The notes under the pieces are model-generated. The model was not told the origin of the DNA and made no database searches. It saw nothing but the letters and a program-made list of their open reading frames with translations. A program made the translations under genes and the position numbers. A stretch of DNA of 62,834 nt, counting the filler, from Candidatus Hydrogenedentota bacterium (GTDB lineage Bacteria; JBFMHD01): NCBI GenBank assembly GCA_040752395.1. It is 4 parts of 4 records of this genome, joined end to end, with 100 filler letters (N's around TTAATTAATTAA, not from the genome) between each part and the next. Parts side by side here need not be neighbours in the genome. Positions count along the whole stretch, not along the records: positions 1 to 29,498 come from JBFMHD010000008.1; positions 29,599 to 40,626 come from JBFMHD010000081.1; 2 more parts are not named here. One strand, written 5' to 3'. Shown here one piece after another: positions 19,081-29,688 of this stretch. The number at the start of each line of letters is the position of its first letter. The first letter of the stretch is position 1.

Positions 19081-20629
19081 TAACCCTTGTTTCTCTTATT
19101 ACAGTTACTTTTATCTCGCCTGGGAACTCGAGGTCTTTTTCAATTTTTTTAGCGATATTTCTTGCGAGTTCAATAGCGCCCTCATCATCTACCTGTTCAT
19201 TAGATACTATAACTCTAACCTCTCTGCCTGCCTGTATAGCGTATGCCTTTTCCACGCCTTCAAACGATTGAGCGATCTTTTCTATCTCTTCAAGGCGTTT
19301 GAGATATGTTTCTAAGTTTTCTCTTCTTGCGCCTGGTCTTGCTGCTGATATAGCGTCAGCTGCGGAAACAAGTATAGCTTCAACAGTTTTAGGTTCCTCA
19401 TCATAATGGTGTGCGGAGATAGCATGGATCACAGCAGGTGATTCATTATATTTTTTTGCGATCTGTGCCCCGATCAAGGCATGTGGTCCTTGAACCTGAT
19501 GGTCAACAGCTTTACCTATATCATGCAATAAGCAGGCTCTTCTTACAATAGAAGCATCAGCGCCGACCTGTGATGCTACCATTCCACCAATGTATGCGAC
19601 CTCAAGAGAATGCTGTAATATGTTCTGGCCATAACTTGTTCTGTATTTCAATCTGCCGAGAATTTTTATAAGTTCTGGTGCTAAATTATGTATTCCCAAA
19701 TCGTATGCGGCTTTTTCGCCTTCTTCCCGCATCCCTTCTTCTATCTCGGTCTTTGATTTTTCTACAACCTCTTCTATCCTGCCAGGATGTATCCTGCCAT
19801 CTGCGATGAGTTTCTCGAGCGATCTTTTTGCAACCTCTCTTCTAATAGGGTCGAAAGCAGAAATGATAACAGCTTCTGGTGTATCATCGACGACGAGGTC
19901 AACGCCTGTTAGTTTCTCGAACTCCCTTATGTTTCGGCCCTCTCTTCCTATGATTCTCCCTTTCATCTCTTCAGCAGGTAAATTAACAACAGAGACCGAT
20001 GATTCTGCCACGTGTTCAGATGCATATCGTTGTATAGCGAGAACCACTGCTTCGTTGGCTTTCTTCTTTGCAACGGTTTTAGCCTCTTCCTCGATCCTTT
20101 TAATCCGTTGTGCTGCCTCTTTCTTTGCTTCTTCTTCTACCTGTTTTAAAAGTATGTTTCTTGCCTCGAACTCACTTAAGCCTGATACCCGTTCTAATTC
20201 ACGAATATATTTTTCACTCATTTCTTTAACCTGTCTCTCTTTTGTATTAAGCACCTCCTCTCTGATGTTCATATCCTTGTCTCTTTTTAACAGGATATCT
20301 TTATCTCTTAATACATCCTCTTCCTTGCGTTTTAACGAGATCTCAAGTTCAGCTACTTCCCTCTTTTTTTTCTGTAGCAAATCTTCTGTACGACTCCGCT
20401 CTTTCTGAATCTCGTCATACGCTTCAACTACTTTCTCCTTCTTTATCACCTCTGCTTCCCGCCTGGCATCTTCTAAAATCTGTTTCGCTACCTTTTTTGA
20501 AGATATTAATTTTTGACTATCAAGATATTTGGAAATAAAAAAACCAAGTATAAATGAGATGACAGTTATCGCTACTGACACTAATATAACATTTTCCTGA
20601 AAAAGATTCTGTAATAAAGTTTCCATCAT
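19064..20629 (-). CDS. rny: Ribonuclease Y
   Basis: N-terminal TM, coiled coil, KH ([12 protein letters not shown]), HD (LLHDIGK). Confidence 0.97.
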   Translation of the reverse strand: MMETLLQNLFQENVILVSVAITVISFILGFFISKYLDSQKLISSKKVAKQILEDARREAEVIKKEKVVEAYDEIQKERSRTEDLLQKKKREVAELEISLKRKEEDVLRDKDILLKRDKDMNIREEVLNTKERQVKEMSEKYIRELERVSGLSEFEARNILLKQVEEEAKKEAAQRIKRIEEEAKTVAKKKANEAVVLAIQRYASEHVAESSVSVVNLPAEEMKGRIIGREGRNIREFEKLTGVDLVVDDTPEAVIISAFDPIRREVAKRSLEKLIADGRIHPGRIEEVVEKSKTEIEEGMREEGEKAAYDLGIHNLAPELIKILGRLKYRTSYGQNILQHSLEVAYIGGMVASQVGADASIVRRACLLHDIGKAVDHQVQGPHALIGAQIAKKYNESPAVIHAISAHHYDEEPKTVEAILVSAADAISAARPGARRENLETYLKRLEEIEKIAQSFEGVEKAYAIQAGREVRVIVSNEQVDDEGAIELARNIAKKIEKDLEFPGEIKVTVIRETRVIEYAR

Positions 20630-20637
20630 CCGTTAAA

Positions 20638-20944
20638 CCTCCTCTGAAAAACATTCTAACTCTAATAATATCAAATAGAAGCAAGAGGCAAGAAGCAAGA
20701 TAACGGAAGAAGTGAGAGGTGTCAGGACAGGCTACAGGCTACGGACTACAGCCGGCTGGAGCCAAAAGCCAAAAGCCAAAAGCCTGCTGAAAAGTCTTGA
20801 GTCTTGAGTCTTGAGTCTCGAGTCCTGTTTTGACTCACGACTTGCGACTTGTGACTCTTTTCATACTTTGTGCCTCTGCGCCTCTGTGCCTCTGTGCCTT
20901 TCCTTTCAATCTTTCAATCTTTCAATCTTTGTGCCTCTGCGCCT
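20638..20944 (-). repeat. Modular repeat array upstream of rny, supplying its SD
   Basis: Full module series ending in TTTTTCAGAGGAGG, 8 nt before the ATG. Confidence 0.92.
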
Positions 20945-20964
20945 GACTGTCGTATTTAATACAA

Positions 20965-21101
20965 AATAGGGAGTTTTTATTTCTTGATTGATATGGCCAG
21001 TGTAACGCTGGACCTTTAACAAAAATCTATCTGAAAATTTTAATCTATAACTAAGGCGATGAAGCCTGTTTCACAACCAAGATAACCAAAAATTCCCTTT
21101 C
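20965..21101 (-). ncRNA. ssrS: Probable 6S RNA (short)
   Basis: Closing stem GGGAAUUUUU..UCUUGGUUG / CAAUCAAGA..AAAAACUCCC, central bubble with CCAG/CUGG hairpin, inner CCUU/AAGG stem; promoter upstream; located upstream of rny. Confidence 0.5.
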
Positions 21102-21106
21102 TTTTG

Positions 21107-21137
21107 ATTATATAATACATTATACTGAATCTGTCAA
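21107..21137 (-). promoter_or_regulatory. Sigma70-like promoter upstream of the 6S-like RNA and rny operon
   Basis: TTGACA followed 17-19 nt later by TATATAAT. Confidence 0.5.
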
Positions 21138-21193
21138 AAAAAATTATTTGCAGATCCGTCGGGGCTTCTGACCCTCTCTACATTTTCTATTTT

Positions 21194-21649
21194 TCAATTT
21201 TTTATTTCCGGAATTACTTCAAGATACCTATCTATTTCTCTCTTAAACTTAGAATAAACCTCAGAGATGTGGTCCATTAAGGGCTTTAATTTTTCCCACT
21301 CTATAAGAAAACCATAAGCATGCGTAAAGAAATGACGAAAGACCCGATATTCATCTATCTTATCTGCGATTTCCCTCGATATAAAATTATGTTCAACGGA
21401 TAAACTCAATAAATCCCTGTGCCATGTTGGTGTGTCTGGTATTGGTATGTTTTTGTGTGATAACAGTTGCTTTAAAATATTTTCCATTCCTGTATAAGCA
21501 TTTTGGAGATATCCTCCTATCCCTACAATGACTACGAGTTGCTTGAAGGGTATATCTTTCACCTTTTCTATTTCGCTCAAAACTTTTGTAATATTTTCCA
21601 TCTCCGCGTAAACTTTTTCTTTTACACTAGCCATATAACACCAGCCCAT
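21194..21649 (-). CDS. HEPN toxin (HepT-like); likely start at MASV
   Basis: YTGMENIL, WHRDLL, FRHFFTHAY (Rx4H). Confidence 0.85.
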   Translation of the reverse strand: MGWCYMASVKEKVYAEMENITKVLSEIEKVKDIPFKQLVVIVGIGGYLQNAYTGMENILKQLLSHKNIPIPDTPTWHRDLLSLSVEHNFISREIADKIDEYRVFRHFFTHAYGFLIEWEKLKPLMDHISEVYSKFKREIDRYLEVIPEIKN

Positions 21650-21893
21650 CTTTTTCTATAAGTCTATTAAATGAACAATCTATGCTTAAATCAATAACGT
21701 CCACTGGAGAAGAGAGACCCCTGTCTAATTCTGCCCAGAATTTAAAAAATAATTCAGGTGCTAACCCAATTACACCTATATCTATATCTCGTGCATCCGT
21801 CCTTTCCTTTGATGAGCCGAAAAGAATTACTTTCTCTAATTTATACTTTTTAGCGTACGTTAATATTACATTTTTGTCGTTTTCAGATATCAT
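21627..21893 (-). CDS. MNT antitoxin
   Basis: LFGSS..ARDIDIGV..PVDVIDL. Confidence 0.85.
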   Translation of the reverse strand: MISENDKNVILTYAKKYKLEKVILFGSSKERTDARDIDIGVIGLAPELFFKFWAELDRGLSSPVDVIDLSIDCSFNRLIEKDGLVLYG

Positions 21894-21905
21894 TGTATGC
21901 TATAT

Positions 21906-22226
21906 CTCCTCTGAAAAACGCTGTAACTCTAATAATATCAAGTAGAAGCAAGAAGCAAGATAACGGAAGAAGTGAGAGGTATCAGGACAGGCTACAGGCT
22001 ACGAACTACAGCCGGCTGGAGCCCCCTATGAAAAGTCTTGAGTCTTGAGTCTCGAGTCCTGTTTTGACTCACAACTTGCGACTTGTGACTCTTTTCATAT
22101 CATCTTTAGTTTTTCATCCTTTGTGTAGAGCGCAAACCGCGCTCATGACGACTCCTTCGAAAAAGTTCGGAGTTCGGAGTTCGGGGTTCGGAGCTATTAT
22201 TACGAACTCCTAAGTTCTAACTCCTA
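21906..22226 (-). repeat. Modular repeat array upstream of MNT, supplying its SD
   Basis: (GGAGTTC)n/GAACTCC palindrome, internal SD+ATG, GTAG hairpin, GAGTC/GACTC and CAGCCGGCTG modules, terminal CAGAGGAG. Confidence 0.92.
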
Positions 22227-22310
22227 TGACAAGTTAAAAGTAAAGAAAGCGAAAATATACACTTCCCTGCCGTATCTTTTAATCTTTGAATCTTTGAACC
22301 ACTCAACTAT

Positions 22311-25300
22311 CTACTTTATCACTGTCACTTTCTTTATTACTCGCTCTCCGCGGTCATTCGTTATCACTATAATATATACACCGCTTGCTACGTCCTTGCC
22401 ACTCTTGTTCTTTAAATCCCACCGGGCTATGCCTAAGTTCAAAATAAAAAACTCATCCACAAGCTCACCTGCTATGTTGAATATCCTGATATTACAATTG
22501 GTTGTGAGATTTAGAATCTTTATACCGAACCGGTTGTCTGTGGTCGGAAGATTAGCTGTTGGTACACTGGGTTTCCATGGGTTGGGATATATTATTACGT
22601 TATTCAGGTTAGCTGCAGTCGCACCGCCAAGAGCAAAGATAGTAAGATGTGGGGTCGAATACCTAACAAGATTTAATGCTACATCAACCTCAGAATTATA
22701 TAATACCTCCCACTTTTTATTAGCCTCATCAAGATACATCATCTTTAGTAATTGCTCATCGACCGAACCAAGCTCAGCGTCAAGATACGGTAATACTATT
22801 GTCAGCTCTTTGCCTGAATTAAAAGTACTTATTACCTCATCTTCTAATGTTTTTACTATTATCTCCCAGGGTCTGTAATTAGAAAGTAAAGTTATACCCC
22901 GAGCCTGGGCTGAGGCATTAGCTACTGAAACCGTTTCAACACTTAAATCTACCCGTTTTATCTCAATTATAAACGGCATATCTATAATATTTTCAGGATA
23001 AGATATCTCTGCCTGTAAACCAGTTATTGTATCTATATATGAATAGCTACCAGCAACCCTGTGTGAATGATAAACAGTTGCACTGAAAGTATCAAAATAG
23101 GTGTTTAAATAATTAAAACTAAATACCACGGTCTCACCGGGAACTAAATTCGTATCAGAAACAAGATTGCGCCATTCCACTATATATCCTTTTGAATAAT
23201 AGAATACATCAGGTTTACGCTCTGTGTCCTGACTGTTCCCTGTTAGTCTATGCACATCCATTCTGTAATCATCAAGCCAGCCACTATCAAGCATTAATCC
23301 ACTAAAATATCCTTTAATAACTACGTTTATGTCTTTGTTAGTTATCTTATTTAGATACTCGTCATCTCCATATACTTCAAACCAGAATGTATCAAACTCC
23401 TGCTCAACTACGGTAATTTCATCGCTTCTACCATAAGCATATCCTTTATCAATAACATAATAATACCCACCATCTTTATTCAGTGTTGTAATTGTATTAG
23501 CTAATCCATTCTCGATATATAACTCTATTTCAGGGATAGAAGAGGCAGGCTGTACAGTTGAAAAATCATAAGGAACAACAGTTATGGTATCATCATAATC
23601 CACCACTGCACCAAATTTATCTACTAAAGTTATGCTCATTGCGAACCCGGTTCCTTTTCTTACAAGTAACGGTATAGAGATTAAAAACGTATCTTTTTCT
23701 GCACAGAAATAGAGTGTAGTTGTTGTTCCCACATCATCTATTGTTATAACTGATGTTCCTTGTGTATTTGATGATATATAAAATTCAGTAACACCGTGTT
23801 TTTCACCAACACTATGTGTAGGTTGGGTCGGTTGAATAATTGAATCTTCTAAGCTGGAGGAAGAGACTGTGACCCATTTTCCATTTATGCCAACACCCTC
23901 GGCATTCCTTAAAATTATATATCCTATTCTGCTATTACCATCTGCTGCGATCACAGGTTCTATCTGTATCTCTGAGGTACTTGAATCAGGTAATCGATCT
24001 AAGCCGGCTGCAAAGATCGAGAAATGATTACTCGTAAAAGTTATCTTGTTGTTCAGGGTATCAACAACACCGAGAAATGGTTCCCATTGCGATGTTGACT
24101 GATTATACCAGTATGGTCTTAGACTTGCTTCTGTCGCATCTGATAACCCGTCACCATCAGAGTCCACGCCAGATATCCGCTGTTCTTCTGGAACATCATT
24201 TGCCGAATAATATAAGATTATAGTTATATCATTCGAGAAATTGACTGAAGGATAGAACTCACGAGCAGCACCGGTTAATACAAGAGTATCTCCTGTTACA
24301 GAGGGGACATTTGTAGGTTTACGGGTGCCAATCGTTACGCCTTCAGCCAGTGTTTCGCCATCAGGAACTAAAACCGTTGGTCTACCATTCTCGAATAAAA
24401 TCCCGCCCTGTGAGGTTACTAATGCTTCATTGATAATATCCGTAGCCCGACCCTGCGTAACTTTTGATGAATTTATGGTCAATTGCACAAGTGAATCACC
24501 TGTTGGGTTCCAGTCTGCAAAAAATTCATTCACATTCGGGTCATTCTTTACAATTTGTTGAGGATAAGGAACCGCGTCTGTTGAATTATTATAATACCTC
24601 ATATATAAATTAAAATTACAACCATCAAAACTTGACGGCGTAGTATCATTCCCACCAAACGCATAAGTACCCCAGGAGAACACATTATTATCATCATAAG
24701 CATAAAGAATGACCTCATCTGTGCCTGACCACGTGGGATGAAACGCTACACCATTTGTATTATGACTCACTTTAACAAGGTGAGCATCAGATAAACTCCC
24801 GATGCCTGTATCAGGTATTGTTCCTAAATCTTTTATCACATAAACCCAGCCTGTAGTAAAGTTGCCTATAACAGGTGGGACACCAGTAGCATCAAGTATA
24901 GTACAGACAATCTTTGTGCCAGTCGAGTTCCAGCGAGGATTGATACATCGATATTTTGTACCTGGCGGGTTCCATAATTTTGTAAGTCTATCCATTGTTT
25001 TTTTAGCATTTAATGGTGATAATTGCTGGATATATAAATCCCCACCAAATGATACAACACATGTGCCGTTCCGTTCATCAATCTCGTAGAAAGGTGATGC
25101 GGGTGGATAATCCAGGGTGTCTGAATAAAGGCTCGAAACCCGCTGAGTATTTGCCTGTTCCTGGTCCGTAACACCATCAGAAATCTGCCAGAGCTCAGGT
25201 CCGCGCCATGGCGGACTCGGCTTTGTACCAACTAAATCATCTGCTGCAACTACAATATTGCCTCCACTTGTCCACTCTACATTCGAATGCGGCCAGATAA

Positions 25301-28300
25301 CCCATGAAGAGTTTGTAAGCTTCTGAATATTTGAGCCATCTGCATTCATAGCATATACACCATAGGAATCACCATTTATACGTTTAAGATATACTATCCT
25401 GCTGCCATTTATAGAATATCGTGCTCGAGATATAAAATCTTTGGTAGCACCGCCACCATCTGCATATAAACCACTGAGATCAACTGTCTGACCAAAATTA
25501 CCACCTATCGTTGTCTCGTTTACGTTCGTATATGCATAAAACTCTATGGTGTCTTTTTCCTGCACAGTACCATAACCTGACATCGTTGCAGTAATAACAG
25601 AGTATCCTGTTGTAGTAGATGATACCCTGAACTTTGTCTGGCCATAAGAATCACTAACATTGCTTACAGTAGTAATATTATCAAGTGCTCCTCTTGAACT
25701 GGATATCGAAACTGTAACACCTTGAACAGGCATTGTCTCTATATCGATAACCGTTACAGTAACCTCAGCATAATCGTTACCATCTGCAGCTGCGTTTGTT
25801 GCTGATACTTTAGATTTAGTGGTATCCGGTGAACATTGCACTCTGGCTGCATCACGGTCAGTATCAGTTGCATCATCCGGGTCACAATAGTACGCATAGA
25901 TTGTATCGCCATCCTGTACCTCAAATAAGCCATTATTTATCACAGGTGTATTATCATCATACATCCTTATGCCTTTACCGGAATTGTTAAACTCACCTGC
26001 ATCTGCTGCTATCTCTGTTAAAACAGGATATTCAGTATCTCCATTTGCATTATCTATCAGCGTTACTGTTATCGTCTCAACAACAATGTTGTTCTTATTC
26101 TGATTATAGTCTATAAGATAAAGATAAATACTATCACTAATCATATACCCAACTACGTCCTGCATACTTGCATTCTTAAATTCTATATCACCAACGTAGC
26201 CTGTAAACTCTTCTTGTGCACTGATATTATTTGCGACAACAACAGGCGATGGCGCTACATCGCACTGAACCGTAATGACCTCTACTGTGTTATCTGAAAA
26301 CGCAACTGTATCAGCGCCATCTGTTAAACTACCTCTTATCCTGCCATCGTCACCTACCTCATAAGGGTCGATAACCCAGCCACTCATACTCGAATTTAAG
26401 AAATAACCAGCACCTGTTAAATCTATCTCAATCGGGCCTGTATAATTGATGTCAATATTGTTATAACCATCCCGTGCTTCAACATTCTTCTGCGCTTTTT
26501 GCTGAACAATCTTGCTGCCTGTTGCTGGATATATGACTATCTTGTTCGCTATGACATTAATATCAGGTGTATCAGTTGACGAAGAGTTTAACGGTGTAGA
26601 AACAAGTTCTTGAGCATTTTGTACCAGCACTATGGATGACGCAAATGCATCGATCTTGTTTCTATCAGTCACTGTTGTATCTAAATTGTATGCTACGAAA
26701 AATATCGAATCACCACCATTGTCTATTCTGTGATTTATATCAAAGGTTATATAACCACCACTAAAGTTCGAAGAATAAAATAACGAATCCGAGGCTGAAC
26801 TAAATGAACCGTTGCCATCTTTATCTACATATAAATGAACTAATTCTACATTGTTGTTATCAGTATTTGCTGCCTGGATCTGGATATAATCAACTGTCCT
26901 GGAATCACCTGTGGCATTGGATATCGTAAACTTTAGAACTAAAACATTGGTCTCTCCCGGGTCCGCACCTACCCCATTATTCATACCATTTACATTGTTC
27001 GCTGCGGCTGTTATAAGATTGGTATATTGAACATAAACCGTATCTTCATAGCTCAAAACACTGGATGAATAGATTGATAACACCTCGGCTTGCGTATCCT
27101 TGACTGTAATCGTTGCATAACCTGATGATAGATCACCATTGATCGAGGTCACATTTGGGCCCGGGGTTGGCGAAGCACCTGATAACGTAGTCGCGGAGAA
27201 ATATGCACCAGTCTTCGGCGTTAGAGAGATAGTTAAATTAAGATTATACCCCTGCTGAGATGCTTCATAGTTTTTGAGCGTATCTCGATTACCATATTTA
27301 TCTATGGCTTCAATCGAGATCTCTTGTGTTGCATTCAACGCTAAAATAGTTGAATCCGGATACATATTCACTGTATCTGCAGCTACCTCGATCGCCGCGG
27401 TACCTGCTGAGTTTAAAACAAAATCCTCGATACTGCCACCTGTGGTCCCGATATCATAAGCCTCGATCTCTAAATCCAACAGAGTACCATCTGTTACAAA
27501 AGTGTCTATATGATAAGCTATATAATATCTTCGGGTTGAGACCCCAGGAATGGTTTCAGCAAGGTCCGAAAACGTTATATAATTAGTTGAAAAGGTATCT
27601 ATTGCTGGCGTTAAGAGTATATCACTACTCCATGGCTCATAGACACTGTCATTATCATCTTTGTAAAGGTTTACATCTATAATATCAACGTTGCTTGCGT
27701 TTAAACTGTGGATGGTTAAACTATCAAATGTTCTGTCCTGCGAGGAATTGTTTATAACCACAAAGTTCAGTATCAACATAGCGGTCTCACATGGACTTGC
27801 CCAGTTCTGACCAACACTCGTTACCCCAGCATCCATAATACTTGAGATAAGTGTCGCAGAATCATAACTGCCAGCAACCTCTATCGCATATACTTGCAAC
27901 GGGTCCGGTGCAAACCTGTCATTATAATCATAGATAACAGGTCTTGTATCAGAAACAGTAACAAAATTATTCTGTACCCCTAAATCACCTGTTGTTGTTC
28001 CTTTATCCTGGATTATACTATACCAGAGTGTATCACTGCTATTTGCATAAATAGTTTTATTCCCAGGCTCTGTAATAGTAAACTCTGATGTTTTATCAAC
28101 ATTGTTTATTTTCAAAACAAGATCAGAATCACCAGGTGTAACATACGCATCTGCGCCGCCACTATCACAACTTAATACCAATGCTGCTTTAAAACTCTCA
28201 CCAACTGTTAATGTCCCGAGATTAATCCGCGTCAGGCCATCTGAACGATATAGCCATAAAACAGTATTCCTTACCACTGCTTTATTCTGAATCGTTATAT

Positions 28301-29498
28301 TAGCTATCTGATAAGGTATGGTCTCAGAGCTATTCGGGTCATCAACCCCGGGTACATTCGAATTTAAGACACTATCCTTTGCACTAATATAACTTGTATC
28401 ACTGAACTCAAGCCGAAAGACACTCACTGAAACCGTGTCATCCACTATATCTGCTTCAATATAAACAGCAACGCTCTCACCACCACTTATATATAACCCG
28501 CTTAAATTAAATTTAACAGTATCTCCGCTTGTCGGGATATCAGCCTGGGTTAAACTTGCGTACTGTTCCGCAGTTGCTTCGTTCTCTACCCTTAACCCTT
28601 TCACAATATGGCTCGGGATAACTGAAGCGCCTGTGCCATCCTCGAATTTGATTGTCAATGTCTGAACCTGTATATTATTTACTGGTGTATCTGGCTCCTG
28701 ATAATTAAGCATAATAATCTTCATTAATTTTGCAGACGTATGACTCTCAGAGACTTTGCCTATACCATAATCACCAAACGATAACCTGACCTGTTCAGCT
28801 GGTGATTTGCCTGTGATATTTCGTGAAGATGTAAACCTTAGGTCATTCGGTGCATTCCCACCTGCTACATCAATACTATTACCTGAACCTAAATCAATCG
28901 CTGTAATCTTGGTAGTATCAGCTACGCCGAGCTTTAGACTCGTAGCACTCGGTTGTGTCTTTATATCGATATAAATCTCCATCTCTTTAAAATTACCCTG
29001 AGTGATTGTAAATGCTGTCATTGTAGTGAGATCAAGAGTTATCTCACTACCACTTGCTTCTATCTGATCTGAACTCTTGTCTGCATATACTTCAGCTCCA
29101 TATTTTGCTACTATCCGTGAGAGCACAGAGGACGGGACTACAGCGTTGCCGGTAGAATCCTGTGTGGTTATCTTTAAACTGGTGATTTTATCAGTATGCG
29201 ACCCTAAATTGGTATTGGTATATTTTAACTTCATCACATATATGTCCTGCTCACCTTTGCTAAGCTCGGTATCAGCAGCTGACCAGGTGTCTGTCATCTC
29301 AACCAGAACCGCTGAATCATACACAGTAAGATATAACTGATATGAAGAGGGTGCTGCAACATCAAAGTAGTTATCTCCATTAAACGCGATCTTTACCTGA
29401 AACGTATTTCCCCCAAGCACACAATCAGCATCAGGACCCGCCATCCCAAACGTGCTCGCTACACTATCGCCATAATATACATCCAGAGTCTGACCACT
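22311..29498 (-). CDS. Very large secreted/surface protein, 5'-truncated by the contig end: Ig-like/Big repeats, TolB-like propeller segment, C-terminal T9SS-type-A/FlgD-Ig-like domain
   Basis: Frame is open to the gap at 29498; AADGNDYAEVTVTV Big_1-like repeat; C-terminal YPNPW..IFNIAGELV..WDLKNKSGKDVASGVY. Confidence 0.85.
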   Translation of the reverse strand, partial: SGQTLDVYYGDSVASTFGMAGPDADCVLGGNTFQVKIAFNGDNYFDVAAPSSYQLYLTVYDSAVLVEMTDTWSAADTELSKGEQDIYVMKLKYTNTNLGSHTDKITSLKITTQDSTGNAVVPSSVLSRIVAKYGAEVYADKSSDQIEASGSEITLDLTTMTAFTITQGNFKEMEIYIDIKTQPSATSLKLGVADTTKITAIDLGSGNSIDVAGGNAPNDLRFTSSRNITGKSPAEQVRLSFGDYGIGKVSESHTSAKLMKIIMLNYQEPDTPVNNIQVQTLTIKFEDGTGASVIPSHIVKGLRVENEATAEQYASLTQADIPTSGDTVKFNLSGLYISGGESVAVYIEADIVDDTVSVSVFRLEFSDTSYISAKDSVLNSNVPGVDDPNSSETIPYQIANITIQNKAVVRNTVLWLYRSDGLTRINLGTLTVGESFKAALVLSCDSGGADAYVTPGDSDLVLKINNVDKTSEFTITEPGNKTIYANSSDTLWYSIIQDKGTTTGDLGVQNNFVTVSDTRPVIYDYNDRFAPDPLQVYAIEVAGSYDSATLISSIMDAGVTSVGQNWASPCETAMLILNFVVINNSSQDRTFDSLTIHSLNASNVDIIDVNLYKDDNDSVYEPWSSDILLTPAIDTFSTNYITFSDLAETIPGVSTRRYYIAYHIDTFVTDGTLLDLEIEAYDIGTTGGSIEDFVLNSAGTAAIEVAADTVNMYPDSTILALNATQEISIEAIDKYGNRDTLKNYEASQQGYNLNLTISLTPKTGAYFSATTLSGASPTPGPNVTSINGDLSSGYATITVKDTQAEVLSIYSSSVLSYEDTVYVQYTNLITAAANNVNGMNNGVGADPGETNVLVLKFTISNATGDSRTVDYIQIQAANTDNNNVELVHLYVDKDGNGSFSSASDSLFYSSNFSGGYITFDINHRIDNGGDSIFFVAYNLDTTVTDRNKIDAFASSIVLVQNAQELVSTPLNSSSTDTPDINVIANKIVIYPATGSKIVQQKAQKNVEARDGYNNIDINYTGPIEIDLTGAGYFLNSSMSGWVIDPYEVGDDGRIRGSLTDGADTVAFSDNTVEVITVQCDVAPSPVVVANNISAQEEFTGYVGDIEFKNASMQDVVGYMISDSIYLYLIDYNQNKNNIVVETITVTLIDNANGDTEYPVLTEIAADAGEFNNSGKGIRMYDDNTPVINNGLFEVQDGDTIYAYYCDPDDATDTDRDAARVQCSPDTTKSKVSATNAAADGNDYAEVTVTVIDIETMPVQGVTVSISSSRGALDNITTVSNVSDSYGQTKFRVSSTTTGYSVITATMSGYGTVQEKDTIEFYAYTNVNETTIGGNFGQTVDLSGLYADGGGATKDFISRARYSINGSRIVYLKRINGDSYGVYAMNADGSNIQKLTNSSWVIWPHSNVEWTSGGNIVVAADDLVGTKPSPPWRGPELWQISDGVTDQEQANTQRVSSLYSDTLDYPPASPFYEIDERNGTCVVSFGGDLYIQQLSPLNAKKTMDRLTKLWNPPGTKYRCINPRWNSTGTKIVCTILDATGVPPVIGNFTTGWVYVIKDLGTIPDTGIGSLSDAHLVKVSHNTNGVAFHPTWSGTDEVILYAYDDNNVFSWGTYAFGGNDTTPSSFDGCNFNLYMRYYNNSTDAVPYPQQIVKNDPNVNEFFADWNPTGDSLVQLTINSSKVTQGRATDIINEALVTSQGGILFENGRPTVLVPDGETLAEGVTIGTRKPTNVPSVTGDTLVLTGAAREFYPSVNFSNDITIILYYSANDVPEEQRISGVDSDGDGLSDATEASLRPYWYNQSTSQWEPFLGVVDTLNNKITFTSNHFSIFAAGLDRLPDSSTSEIQIEPVIAADGNSRIGYIILRNAEGVGINGKWVTVSSSSLEDSIIQPTQPTHSVGEKHGVTEFYISSNTQGTSVITIDDVGTTTTLYFCAEKDTFLISIPLLVRKGTGFAMSITLVDKFGAVVDYDDTITVVPYDFSTVQPASSIPEIELYIENGLANTITTLNKDGGYYYVIDKGYAYGRSDEITVVEQEFDTFWFEVYGDDEYLNKITNKDINVVIKGYFSGLMLDSGWLDDYRMDVHRLTGNSQDTERKPDVFYYSKGYIVEWRNLVSDTNLVPGETVVFSFNYLNTYFDTFSATVYHSHRVAGSYSYIDTITGLQAEISYPENIIDMPFIIEIKRVDLSVETVSVANASAQARGITLLSNYRPWEIIVKTLEDEVISTFNSGKELTIVLPYLDAELGSVDEQLLKMMYLDEANKKWEVLYNSEVDVALNLVRYSTPHLTIFALGGATAANLNNVIIYPNPWKPSVPTANLPTTDNRFGIKILNLTTNCNIRIFNIAGELVDEFFILNLGIARWDLKNKSGKDVASGVYIIVITNDRGERVIKKVTVIK

Positions 29499-29598
29499 NN
29501 NNNNNNNNNNNNNNNNNNNNNNNNNNNNNNNNNNNNNNNNNNTTAATTAATTAANNNNNNNNNNNNNNNNNNNNNNNNNNNNNNNNNNNNNNNNNNNN
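29499..29598. other. Artificial contig linker
   Basis: N44-TTAATTAATTAA-N44 (stops in all frames). Confidence 0.98.
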
Positions 29599-29665
29599 GA
29601 GTCCTGTTTTGACTCACGACTTGCGACTTGTGACTCACGACTCTCGACCCCTAACCCCTAACCGC
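29599..29665 (-). repeat. Partial modular repeat array at contig end
   Basis: gagtcctgttttgactcacgacttgcgacttgtgactc plus (CCCCTAA)2. Confidence 0.85.
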
Positions 29666-29688
29666 CGCCCCCTAATATACCCCATCCC

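Noticed and set aside
20638-22226. Repeat arrays as CRISPR or integron attC arrays
   Set aside because: No constant repeat with unique equal-length spacers, no cas or intI gene, and no consistent attC core sites seen
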